From assembly GCA_052426225.1 (NCBI GenBank), contig JBNJNM010000009.1, positions 992,001 to 1,056,000 of the forward strand: a stretch of 64,000 nucleotides of DNA, in the 5' to 3' direction. The position numbers were made by a program, and so were the translations under genes. Below are positions 38,172 through 51,202 of the stretch, piece after piece; position 1 is the stretch's first letter; every line of letters begins with the position of its first letter. The notes beneath the pieces are model-generated. The model worked only from the letters and a program-made list of their open reading frames with translations, was not told the origin of the DNA and searched no databases. The DNA is from Zancudomyces culisetae HAW-14-8. Taxonomy: Eukaryota > Fungi > Kickxellomycota.

Positions 38172-38950
38172 TGTGCTTGTTTGATTTTACCTCGATGTAT
38201 AATTTATTATTCAAAGTTTAATGATATCAGAAAGGCAATCTTATTTTTTTCTGAAAATATTTTGAGATTAATTGGCAAAGCTTTTATAGCTAACATATTC
38301 TCCCAAAACCCACAAAAATAACACCACTATCAAGAGGGAACGAAGGGAATGCATTTGATAAATGTTTCCATATCACCAGCTTTTTTTTTTTTTTGGTTTT
38401 TGTAACCGCATCAGATTGCGGATAATTAGCATTAATAAAAAAAACTGTGCCAACCAATAAGAATAAAATAATAATTAGCGCGAATTGTTACTTGTTTTCA
38501 AATTGATGAAATAGAAAACATCAAACATATTTTACAGCGACAATTTCTTGCAAAAGCTGCTTGAAGAAACAAGTTTACATCGAAGAATAAATACTTATTA
38601 TTACATATATCGATATATGGATAACGGCTCCCATCGAATTCTGTGAAAACGCTGAAAATACATAGTGCGACAATAGTTTTGTTTATAAATCAAAATAAGG
38701 ATTCGGCGGAATACTTGGAACAATATTCAAGATTGTAACGATCACCGATATATATAAGACGGACTAGCACATCCCCATCCCCTTCTTTTTTGTACAATAC
38801 TGAGAAAAAGAGTATTATTGCTTGCCAGTATTTTAGACCGCTCATTTCTTTTACAAAGTTGTTTGGAGGCTTTGTGTAAATCGGGGCAAGAGATTAGAAT
38901 CAGAAATCCTCAACTATTTCATACCGCAAGTGTGGCAATTCCGAGACAAA

Positions 38951-40471
38951 ATGAACGTTAAATCTGATGGGATGGCAGGATATAGTATGATATACAACGA
39001 AAACTCGATCGGAAGGAATTCAGTCACTGGAAATGATTTCGTATCTGAAATATCCTTTGCTCGGCTAAAAGAAGCTGTTTTAAGCAAACAGAATACCAAA
39101 ACTATTACAGTTACAGCGATATACTTTGTATTTGGCTTAATACTGTGGCTATTTGGTATATTGGAAAGAAATCTAGGTAAGTTGAAACGAAAAGCTTGAC
39201 TATATAATGAAATATTTGTTACTGAAGGTGAATAATGATTATATATTATAGTTGCAGCAAGCTATGGCTCGGTTCTTATCTACGATTCGGCAAATTACTT
39301 TATATCGATTGTATATCAGGCAATTCCTTTTTCTCAGAATCATTCTTCCACGACGGAATATCCATTTGGGTAAACTCGCATTAAATTACCCATACAGTTA
39401 CACAACTATACTATACTGTTGTCCACCATATAATAATGACACCTTTTTGACTATTTAACACAAATAGGTTAAACAGGTTGCCCGTTTTATCGGTATTTAT
39501 AAACGCCCTAGTATTCCTATATGCGGGGATAAATACACTCAAAGAATCTCTTGAACACTCAATGTCTGGACATGATCACGTAAAAGACAGTAGCGATGAT
39601 ATAACAACGGAGCTCACTTCATATAACACCACTTTTTATGTGTTTTTGGTTTTTTTTTCGCTTCTTATGACGGCAAGCTCAGCTTATGTTAACAAGACCT
39701 TTCATCTAGTTCCAAGCAGTAAGAGTTGCTAATTTTCCGCTAATTACCAACATTTGTGTTTTTTTAGCTAAATATTCACGTATGGAAACTATGCGTTTGT
39801 AGGACAACTAGCAAAAAGATGGCAGCCCACCTCTAAACTTCAGGAAGTTGTTATGCTAGTGAGAGTTAATTCTTTTGGAACGTTACTGGTCTCAGGAATC
39901 ATTCTTTTACACAAAATCTTTATGAAAACATTGTAAGTACACAATTTTATAGTTTTTTTTGTGCTGAATTGTTTATAATAACATGTCTAACACAATTCTA
40001 TAGAATCTCTGAGGCAGTTCTGTTAATAGTGCTATCGGCCACAATCTTTTATCTAAGTATTCCTGTACTTATCCAATCCGGTAGGATACTGATATTTGCT
40101 GTTTCGTTTGGGACGGCCAAGTTTGTGGATCAAAAACTAAATAATGTAATTCGCATGTACTTTAAATATACACACTTTCTTATTTTATACATAAATAATC
40201 TTAAAGGTTGTTTAATACCTGTAAAATGATCTGAAACATAACAATACTGTACTAAAAATTGCTAATGTTTTAGATTGTTACAATTCCTGGTGTCCTTTCG
40301 TATAACGTAAAATATCTATGGCACAGCACATTCAACAAACTTGAGGGTGTTATTGAAATTTATGTAAATTCCAAAGCCAACTACATCCACCTTAGCCAGC
40401 AAGTCGAATATTACTTGTTCAATAACCTGAAGGGCCAGTGGACAGTTCAATATATATTTTTAGATGAGTGA
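38951..40471 (+). CDS. Cation diffusion facilitator (Zrg17/ZnT5-6-like), multi-exon; start codon uncertain
   Basis: STTEYPFG|LNRLPVLSVFINALVFLYAGINTLKESLEH...HDH (CDF YPFG-xRxxVL signature), PVLIQSGRIL, and C-terminal domain IVTIPGVLSY...LW. Stop TGA at 40469-40471. Confidence 0.75.
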
Positions 40472-40807
40472 CCATGTTGAAAATAGACTTTATATCTTTT
40501 CTTACTCCTTTATTTTTACACTTTTGTACCGTTTGACGAAGAGCTGGGTTTGACAAATTTGCGTTAGAATTTCATAAATACAATTATATACTAACAGTCT
40601 GTGCAGGAGAATTCATGGTTATAGCAATCATGTCTTGCGATAATGAGCACAGTTGTTAATGACAAGAAATATTTGTCACGTTGCACCGTTTTTTTTACAC
40701 AGATTTCAGTGATGGATCGAATTTTATTAGCATTGCATATCATTAGGCAATTTCTTTGAAAAGAAAAAATGGTAAAAGAATGGAAAGAAAACATAATTTG
40801 TGATAAC

Positions 40808-41519
40808 TCATTTAATTTCAAGAAGCGCCTTTGTGCTTTCCAAAAGCTCGATGGCATCCTTCAGCTCCTGTGTACCTGCAAACTCGCTGTTTCCATACGC
40901 CTAATATATCAAAATGCAAAATCAAAAATCACATCAACGAAACAAAAATTCAGAAATGCTAAAGTAGATACATAAAGTGTGGTTATCCCCACATTATGAA
41001 GAAGTACAAAATACCAATTGAAGAACCGGAGTGAAACTTACAACGAGATTATCTAGATCTTGGTAGGCACTCAGTATCCTCTTGTCGCAGCTAGGATACA
41101 TTGCAGTCGTTTCGTTTAGAGCCTCCCTCTATGAATGTGGTTTATAAATATGTTATTTTTGTAATATATACTCCTAATGAAGTACAGTCTTAATAAAATC
41201 AGCGTATAAAATTGAGTGTGTAAGACCCTGGCAATTACCATTTTATTTATAGCTGCTGGCTCAGCTTCTTTCGCAATTAGATCTTCAATTCTCTTGAGAA
41301 GGTCCTGTTCCTCAAACTTGTAAACATCTTTATCCTTGATAAGTCTATTTTTTTGGTATATTTATATGATTTGAGACCATATTTCAAATATGGTTTTTTT
41401 TTCAAATTATAGAAAGCTCATAATAAATGTAAAAAAAAGTAAAACAAAAAACGGAACACAGGTTGTTGCTACCTTTTTAGAGATCCTGTTTTTATCTTGA
41501 GCGATTTGAGAGCGGACAT
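40808..41519 (-). CDS. RBL2: Tubulin-specific chaperone A (cofactor A), 4 exons
   Basis: MSALKSLKIKTGSLKR|LIKDKDVYKFEEQ...|REALNETTAMYPSCDKRI...|...ELKDAIELLE. The LKIKTG-xKRL and L-xE-xxM-xP motifs of TBCA. Confidence 0.9.
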
Positions 41520-41902
41520 TTTCGCAATTGATTTCCCTAGTTTGATTCTGTTATGGTTCAAATTGTATGATGTATTAAAAATGAGCAAACTACACTCCCC
41601 AACTTTAAATTTGGAAAATGTAAATAAAAGGTGCCGCTAAAATGATCAGGTTTGTGAAAACTAAAATCCGCAAATTAAGTTAAGAAGAAGAGAAAATAAA
41701 GACCAGTAATAACGAATTGGCATTTCTAAGCTGGCCAGTAATTTTGATTTCGGGCCAGGTCGTAGCCAACCATCAATACATTTACTATGTGTTTGGCTTT
41801 TCAAAAAAAAAAAGTAGGTATAAAAAAAAGCTGCTGAATCTTTGATGCATCAAAACACAAAATACAAAATACAAAACACAAAAAGCAAATATACGGCGCA
41901 TA

Positions 41903-44900
41903 ATGGGTAGGGTGGACGATATAATCCTGAAGTGCAAGGCGGAAGTAGGAGGAATAGATCAATATTTGAAATCTTTAGCTATTTTGTTGGTAGAGTTTAT
42001 ATACTGGAATGAGGAGTACTCGAACAATCGCAAAGACCCCAAACCAATCCAGGACGGAGAAACAGATATAGATCTTATTTCACTTGGAATTAGAAATATT
42101 GATATAGATAATGAATACATCGCCGCTACAAACAGGGAAAGCGACGAGAACTGTTTTGCGAGTGACATTTCAAGTCCGCCAAAAGGTGTTATTTTGTCGG
42201 GGGAATCTGGTTGTGGAAAATCCAAATTAGCAGAGACCCTTGCAGGTATGGGATTTTTTTCACTATCTTTATATGTTTGATATATTCACCAAACAAAAAC
42301 ATTATTTATCAACGTGCTACGGTAATGGTGTTAAAAAATAATAACGAAAACATACAACCTCTATAGGGAAGAGTGGGATCAACTATCAATATGTAAATTG
42401 CACAGATCTGTTTCGTTCAGGTACTATAATACCATACACATATAGACAGATATACATTACTTTTTTGGTAAATTTTTGATAGGTATTCTCAAAAGAACAT
42501 AGAACTATAGTGCTAACGAACGTGAATGTAATAACCACATGTTAGGAATTGGAGAAAGTGAGAGGCTATTAATGTCTATTTTTGAAACTCCAAAGTTTTC
42601 AACCAAGATACTGATTATGGAAAACTTGGAAATAATATGTAGCAGTGGTGAAGTTGAGGAACGGCTCTACGGCCTACTGATAGAGCTAATAGATAAATAC
42701 AACAATGTCTTCATTATTGCAACGACTGGCAGACCGGAACAAATATCGAAACAGATTATGCGAGCTGGTAGGCTTGATAGTACAATAAGTATAACGCTTG
42801 GATCACCACTAAGAAGAGCTGAAATTATGAAGGTGATGCTGCAAGGTACGTTTCAATATGTATACTTTATATCTCCTACTTTGTCAATTGGCAAAATTAC
42901 ATGAATTACTCGGTGTGGCAAGGTGGGCCGTTTATGAATTTCTATTGAAATCCAAAAAAAATTACAGATTTAAATACGACATTTTATAACAATCTTTATA
43001 ATCCCACGAGATATACAAGATAAAAATATGCATCAATAACGATTATAGGCTATCCAGTAAATAAAAATGATATTGAGGAAATCAGCAGGTATATTGGTGC
43101 GAATTCACATGGGTTTTCAGCAGCAGATTTAAAAAACTTGTGTTTGGAGGCATACTATATCTACATAAAAAGATCACATAAAGGCGGTTCTGAGGAAAAT
43201 CTTAAAAATGTAAGTGGTTTCTTGCTGTGGTTATGGCTTGATCTTTTTTAGGCAAAATATGAGTTGAAGCAAGTAATATTTGGATGTTCATGGCTGATTA
43301 ACTAGGAAATGGCACAGAAAGACTTTGACGAGGCGTTGAATACAGTTCAACCATCGCTACTCCGAGATTATCAAATTAAGGTAATTATATATGTCCCATT
43401 ATGCACACAGTACACACTAATATCTGGATATTCTGGCTCTTGTAGATACCTAAATTCAGATTTTCTGATATTTACGGACTGGACAACATTAAATCCCTGT
43501 TGCACGTAAGTCTATTTTGATATTTTTAATAGTAACACGACCAACATTTGGCTTATAGTATATTTAAAAAATATTATTTGTCTATCAGTTTGTGATAATT
43601 GTATTAAACATGATTGTACGAATCATCCAAAAATAGGAAAGAGTTGTCATACCCATAATTAATTTGGAGAACATTTCAGCAGCCAAAAATAACGAAATAT
43701 CATCACGTCCACCAAAGGGAGTTCTAATACATGGACCCTCTGGTGTGGGGAAATCGATGCTAGGGTATGCCATAGCCAACGAAACGGGAATAAATGTGAT
43801 TTTCGCAGACGCTAGTGAGATCAGGTCGATGGTTGTTGGGGAATCCGAAAAATCAATACAGAGACTATTTAAACATGCGCGTGCTAGCTCACCTAGCATT
43901 ATTATCTTTGATCATGTAACGAACATTGTTGAACAATACTTGTATTTGAGGTTCATGTACCATAGTGGTGTTTGTAAAACCAGAAACTATAACAAATATA
44001 CCTTTATAACCTTGCTACGATTATAGGTTGATACACTTGCGATAAACAGACAAGGAGAGGATTCAACGTCTGAAGGGAGCTCGCTTCGGATTTTAACGAC
44101 ACTTTTGACAGGTAAATAAATTGTGAAAGGATCGAAAATGACGGAGTTTTATGTTCCTAGAAAGAGAGTGCTACAATGAATGGCGGGGAATAATTGAAAT
44201 GCTTTACTAATTTAGAAATAGACGGGTTTGACTCGGATAACAGTAATTCTGAAAGTGATTTTGTGATGATAATAGCAGGTAAGCATCACTTGATTTTAGC
44301 TAAGTATCCATTACGGCCACGATCGGAGGAATATGTATATATATATATTTTGGTAAACTCTTATTTTATGTAATAAATGTTGATGAAAATGTGTGAATGT
44401 GTGTGTGTAAACTGAATAGTTTGCAACAATGTGGAAAGTATTGATCCGGCATTTCTCAGGCCTGGGAGGTTGGATATTCACATTCAACTAGAGTTACCTG
44501 ACCAAAAAGTAAGTGAGAAAAACACAATTTTACTCGATGGTAAAGGGGGGAGGGGGGGGGGGGGGGTATGTGGTCGGGGTTATATTTGTAAGCATCGATA
44601 ATAACTCTGATATTTGGATTAGGAGAGACTAAAGATACTTTGTGGAATACTGGACAAAATTCCAAATAATTTCACTATGGAGTACTACCATGAGCTGTGT
44701 GACCTCACATCTGGATGGACAGGTAAAACATTTAAAGATGAAGATTATATTGATTTTGTTTTATTTTCTTTTTGTAACATTGAATCTCTAGAAAAATAAC
44801 AAAAAATAATAAATGAACAAATAGGAGCAGAGTTGTATAATCTGTGTAAAACAGCGGCACTACTTTCATTACGATCCAATATTGACTCTAAGACTGTAAG

Positions 44901-45124
44901 ATTTCCTTTTATGTTTTTTATGGATTTTAAAGGCTAAATACACAAACAATGCCACAAAATTCTTCTACTTCTTTCTTTCTCTCTCTCTCTCTATTCCATT
45001 GCTCTCTAGTTACTAAAAAACATACTCTTGTTTATTTATGTTGTAGGTTGATCGACGAAATCTTGAGGAAGCCCTAGAAAAATGCAACAAGTATCGGAAT
45101 GTAATACTACAAAAACCACATTGA
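41903..45124 (+). CDS. Two-domain AAA+ ATPase of the CDC48/AFG2-like family, lacking an N-domain; many introns
   Basis: Walker A GESGCGKS and GPSGVGKS, RAGRLD and RPGRLD arginine fingers, HGFSAADL, VVGESEK, and LTTLLT|EIDG. Confidence 0.85.
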
Positions 45125-45543
45125 TTAGGAAGATTTTCAGTAATGCTGTGCTTTTTCCGTTATAAAGTGCCTTTATTTCATTTGTACACTTGCACATTTG
45201 CACATTTGTACATACTATATTGAAATACTCTACACTATTTTTTTCCTTTCATTATCCCCTCTCTTACACATTTTTTTCCCTAGTCTTTCTCCCTCCTGCT
45301 TCCCCCCCCCCCTTTTTATTATTCACTAATATTTCCAAATTAATAGAGAATTAAATATTATTGTGAAAATCGAGTTAAATATAACAAAATAAAATAATAC
45401 TTTATAATACAAAATAAAACAGAAATACCGCTATTTCAATAACTGAGACTTTTTTTTTCGTGGTAAAACAAAATAAACTATTTACAATACTTGAAAACAA
45501 ATAAATTATAGGGAGGTAAAATTGATAGTTTCAGTGAGTTACG

Positions 45544-47101
45544 ATGTTTCAAATTCAAGAGTATCTTGATGGTAAGTGTATATGAGAAAAACAAAAAATA
45601 AACCAACTGGGAAAAAAAAAGATAAAATGAGGGCGTAATGTAAATATAGCGATAGAACGATTACCGCAAGAACTGCAGAGGCAATTCACCTTGATGAGGG
45701 AGCTAGACGCGCTATCTACAGGTTAGAACCACTACTTTATATATACCAGTTTCTACCCTTTTTTATTTTATTTTATTTTATTATATTCTTTGTTGACATG
45801 TATTCACAATTGGAGAAAGATAATATTAAACAAAAAAAACTTGTACAAAATAGATTTACAAGATCAAATGAAAAATGAGACGATGGATTTTATCGAGAAA
45901 CTACCACAACTTCCGCGCGAGGAACGAGTCAAACGGTTGCAAAGCTTTTCAGAGCTGCTAGGCGGGTTGATAAAACATGGGGAGGAAAAAGTGGCGCTGG
46001 CAGCACAGACATATGAGTATGTGGACCAGCAAGTGAAATGTATTGATATGGGAATGCAAGAGCTGGAGGAAGGAAAACGGGGTGATGAAAAGGATAAAGA
46101 TAAAGTGGGTGGTGGTGGTGGTGGTGGGCATATGAATCCAAATGCTGGATCTAGTACAGGAGCGGGTAGTGAGGGAGGAAAAGGTAGAGCTGGGGCTGGA
46201 GCTGGGTTGGGAACCAGCGATGAAGTGGGAGTGGGAGAAGGAGGTGTGGCAATAAAAGAAAAGAGTGGCAGGAGACATAACGATGGTGGTGGTACCAATA
46301 AAGGAGAAACAGGTGGTGCAGGATTAAATGTAAATTCGAAAGCTGAAGGACTTGGTAGTGAGGGTAAGAGGATAATTTGGGTGTATAACTATTGATAGCA
46401 AGATAAATAAAATACGAACTACAAAATGTGGAAAAATAAAAAATAAAACTATTTGTTTATTTTCTTTAGGGCTTTTGGCGTTGCAAGGGGCGGCATCTGC
46501 AGGATTATCGTCAAGAAGTAAGTGGGGAATTTTGAACTTAGGGAGGAAGGAAGAGGGCGTCTCAATTGGGTTTTTATTAAAAAAAAATGTAAATGAAATT
46601 GTACAAATAGAGAGGAAGAGTGTTAAAGAGGGTGGTGGTAGTAATTCAGGATCGCCAAGTGTTGGAGGGGGGCGAGGAAGAAACAAGACGCAGAAAAGGT
46701 AAAGTGGATGGTTGATTCACAAGATAGATGTATAACCAACTAGCTAACTAACTAACAGTGGTGCTAATAATAACAAGTATAAAACCAAACTAATAAATAG
46801 TGGGGTAGGAAGAGGCGGGGCAGGAATAAAAGAGGATATAGAAGAGAAAAAGGAGAAGGAAAAGGAAAGCGGGGAGAAGAAGGAAGAGGAGGTGGAGGAG
46901 GAAGAAGATCCAGAAGAGCCGCGGTACTGTTACTGCAACCAAGTGTCGTATGGAGAGATGGTGGCGTGCGACGACGAAAACTGCGAGATCGAGTGGTTCC
47001 ACCTGGGATGTGTGAAGCTTAAGGAGCCGCCAAAGGGTAAATGGTACTGCAAAGAGTGTCTGGTTAACCGTAAAAAGAAAAAAGATTCAGTGGAAAAATA
47101 A
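45544..47101 (+). CDS. ING-family PHD-finger chromatin protein (Yng2/Pho23-like), multi-exon
   Basis: QEYLD|[35 protein letters not shown], and the PHD finger [45 protein letters not shown]. Confidence 0.93.
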
Positions 47102-47127
47102 ATAAATTTTTATTTATTCAAAAATAA

Positions 47128-48717
47128 TTATTTTTCAAACAAAACGCGGGTGATGATATTCTCAGTGATACCACTGATGCCGGCGTAGATCACATTGATG
47201 TCTTCTGGATCTGGTAGCGTGATGTCTGCCACGTAGTATGCTATCTCTCCTCGAGAGTCAGATGCCTGTTTGTCGACGTTATACTTTGAAAGGATCGAGT
47301 TGATCTTCTGCAGCACTCCTGGCACGTTCTGATGCACATTTACTATGCGCAATCTATGTTTGTCGCTTACTGCACCAGGTTTCAAGTCGATTTCTGGGAA
47401 ATTCACTGCGTTCAGTGATGCTCCTGTGTTCATATATCCAACTATTGCTGATGCTACCTCGATTCCAATCATTCGCTGTGCCTCTTCTGTTGATCCTCCA
47501 ATGTGTGGTGTCAAAATTGTGTTGGGACATCCTGCTAGTTCACTTTCAAAGAACTTGCCGTTTTCAAATGGCTCCTGTGGAAACACATCAACTGCTGCTC
47601 CTGCCAAATGCCCATTGCGAAGCGCCTGTGCCAGTGCCTTGATGTCTACCACTGTTCCTCTGGATGCATTCAACAGACATGCTCCCTTCTTCATCATCCG
47701 GATTTCATCTTCTCCAATAAGATTTTTTGTTTCGCTTGTCTCTGGAACGTGTAGTGTCACGTAGTCTGCCTTTACCAACAACTCTTCTAGAGATCCAACA
47801 CTCTTGCTTCTTCCCAGCGGCATCAGTGGCAAGACATCATACCAAATCACCTTCATTCCCATTGACTCTGCCAACACGCTCAGTTGTGTGCCGATATGTC
47901 CGTATCCAATAATTCCCACTGTCTTTCCTCGTATTTCGTGACATTTCTTTGATACCTTGTTCCATTCTCCGGCGTGCATTTCATTATTTCGATCTCCCAA
48001 CTTTCGTGAAAGCATTATTATCTCTGCAATAATCAGTTCTGCAACACTTCTGCTATTGCTGAATGGTGAATTAAATACTGAAATCTATTCGTTATTATTT
48101 TATTTATTATTATTACTTTTCCACTTTTCTTTTTTAAACATGTGCATGTATATATATATATATGATTTAGCTTCTTCAATCATAATAATTCAATTAATAA
48201 TTCAATTCAATCCTGATCTTTTTTCTTACCCCTCTTGATGCTGCATATTCTAAATCTACTTGGTTTGTTCCGATACAAAAGCATCCAATCACTTGCAAAT
48301 TGTCTGCTGCTGCAAGAACCCGGCTGTTCAGTCTAGTCTTGCTACGGATTCCAATTCCGTGTACATCCTTGATTTTTTCAATTAGTTCTTCTTCATTCAG
48401 ACTTCTAGAAACACTTTCTACCTATTTTTGCCACAATACTATTTATAACTTGCCTCACATACATACGAACTTTTCACCCTTCCGATAAGCAACTACTACG
48501 CATTTATAATATACTTTTTAGCATGTCTACAAAGCCAACTTACTTGATATCCTGCATTCTTCACTATTTCCACAGCTTTTTCACTGATATTTTCCAGAAA
48601 CAGTATCTTGATACTTTCACTGCTAACTGGCTGTAACTTCTTAGTACCTGCTTCACGCTTGTTAAAGCTGTTTCTACGCGACACAGTAGCGCTGCTTCTT
48701 CTTTCGGTATCTGACAT
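47128..48717 (-). CDS. SER3: D-3-phosphoglycerate dehydrogenase, 3 exons
   Basis: KILFLENIS, GIRSKT, GCFCIGTNQVDL, NSPFSNSRSVAEL, GIIGYGHIG, LTPHIGGSTEEAQ, and an ACT domain HQNVPGVL. Confidence 0.95.
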
Positions 48718-50550
48718 TGTTATCTGTTTTATTTATTTATAGTACTAACCAAGTCTCTTTTTTCTTTTTTTTTTTACTAGGTCTTTTGTTTTTCTGGCGT
48801 TGTGCTTTATCCAAGGAGTTTGTGGTTTATCAACAAACTATAAGGTTCTTCCTTTCTTACTCTTTCTTTTGTTGGTTTGTATATTTTCTAATACTACTTT
48901 ACTTTGTATACTATTGTAAACAAAATAAAATTTATGGATAATCCTCTTGTTTTTATAAGAAAATAATCAAAAGTGAATATCCAAAAACCTTCTAACTTTC
49001 TTCTCCTTTTCCTCTTATATTTGGGCTCAATATACTCCATATCTCACTTAGAACGTCATTATAAAAAAAATTTCCAATTTTGCTAAACATGTTCCAATCA
49101 AAATATTCTTTGAATCTCTCAGCATTTATTTGATTTGCTTAATAATCTTGAACCTCCCTCTGCTTTTGTTGTTTTTCTTTTTCTTTTTTTTTTTTTATTT
49201 AGTCGATTTTTCCGCTTTATCAATTCACAGTACACTAAAAAGTACAAATAAAATATATATATATACATATTAAAAAAGATAAATGAGTAAATAAACTCGT
49301 ACGCTTTATTTTCACATTTATGTTATTATTGGGTCTTTTTTCTTTTCTTTTCCTTTCTTTTCTTTTCTTTTTTTTTTGGTATCGGTATCAGTACTTGGTT
49401 CTAAGTTTGCATATTGTATTTAATCAATTAGTTGCGCCGAACACTTCCCTCCCCCCCAGTTCACAAGAAATTGTATTGTTGTACTCTTTTTCTTTTTTGT
49501 CCTTATATCACATATCATATCATTAGTGTACGGAATCATACTTTATGCTATTCAATGATTCAGATATTGAACCGTGTAAACACACATTGATATACCTTTT
49601 CACTTTTCTTTTTTTTTACCACGGGAGTTCCAGCTATTTTCCCCGTCTAAAATCCATATTTATTTTTATTTTTTCTTCACTTTTGTTTGTGGTATAATTT
49701 TTCAAATCCTCACTCCCAAAATAAAAATACACCAGAACAATCTGCAAAGCTGTACATTTTCCATTTCCCTCCTCCCTCTTCCCTCTTCCACCTTCCGTCC
49801 CTCACCTTTGCACTCTTCATCTCTCACCCACTCCCAGTACTATTTTTGCATCCCATTTCACATTCATAGCTGTTATTATGGCTTGCTGTCTTTACCAGTC
49901 ATTTAGTTTGTTCACAATTGGTCAATACGTTTGATTTGGTAGTTAACTTATACTTACAGGCCGTTGGTCGTCTTTTGTGACCAATGTAATTTAAGGCGCT
50001 ATCGATAAGTGATATACCTTCAATTGAAGACAATTGCTTGAAACTTGTTGCTTTATCGATTACTGAGGATTTGTAATATAAATTGATGGTACCAGTGACA
50101 AATATACGAACAATCTTGCAAATTTTACATTATTCATCAAGATTATAATAGGTGAAGAATAAGGCTATCGGATTCGAAGACCTCTTAAGCAATCCCTGTA
50201 AAACCAACAGATGACAAATCCACAAAATATCCCAAATCATTATAGGCCTGTGAATACGCACTGTGTATATGTACTCTGCACTCTAGGCTAATTCTTGGTA
50301 TGTACCTGCACATATTGACTCACTGACTATCTTGCTCGCATCTTACTCACAGCCTCCCGAGTACAATGCTACTTTCTTCCCCCCCCCACTTTGCCTGCTC
50401 ATTTGATAATTTCTACATATCTCAACGCTTATGATCGTCTCTATATATATTCCCTTCATTTTGTAAATAGATGTTTTCCTTTCAAATCTTGATTTTTCTT
50501 TTTAATTCTTAAATTCTACTACTCGAACAAGGATGTGGTATTAGTATGAG

Positions 50551-50585
50551 CTTGTTCTTGTTCTTGTTCTTGTTCTTGTTCTTGT
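50551..50585. repeat. (CTTGTT)n microsatellite
   Basis: About 6 tandem copies. Confidence 0.85.
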
Positions 50586-51202
50586 AAACAGTATGGTCAA
50601 GATATCAAACTAGTAAAAAATATTTTTTTGAACCAAACCTGTATTAACAGAAAAAAATACATTACTACCTGCCTATTTTGATTTAAATAGACACTACTTT
50701 CCATGTTTGATGAAACACAAAATCATAAGATGCCAATATAGAAATCAACCGACTTGGTCTTGGTTTAAATTCTCTTAAAAGAACGCAAGGATGATGCTCA
50801 GAGCCAACCATATTCATTGCTTCTTTTACCAATATTCTTGTTTCCTCCTTTTTTAATGTTTTTGAAAATATTAGGTGTATAGCCTTTCTGTAAAAAAAAC
50901 ATAAATTAAACCTTGAATGTTGTTTTAGTAAACTCCTGATGCCTTCATATGTGAGTTTAGCTTAAATAACCGCAAAATATCAGTGCATATCGGCCTTTTT
51001 TTGTTTCTGCTTTTCTGCATATATTCTCCCCTTCCTCCCCACCCCCCTCCAAAAAAAAAACACTCGCTCAAGTAGCTCTTCAAATATATACCCCCTCTCC
51101 ACCGTACTTAATTAACCGCTAATACTTTTTTCCAAGACTAGGTTATATATACCTTTAAATTTAACAAAAAAAAAACAACAATACTTGAAGAAAAAGGGAG
51201 GA

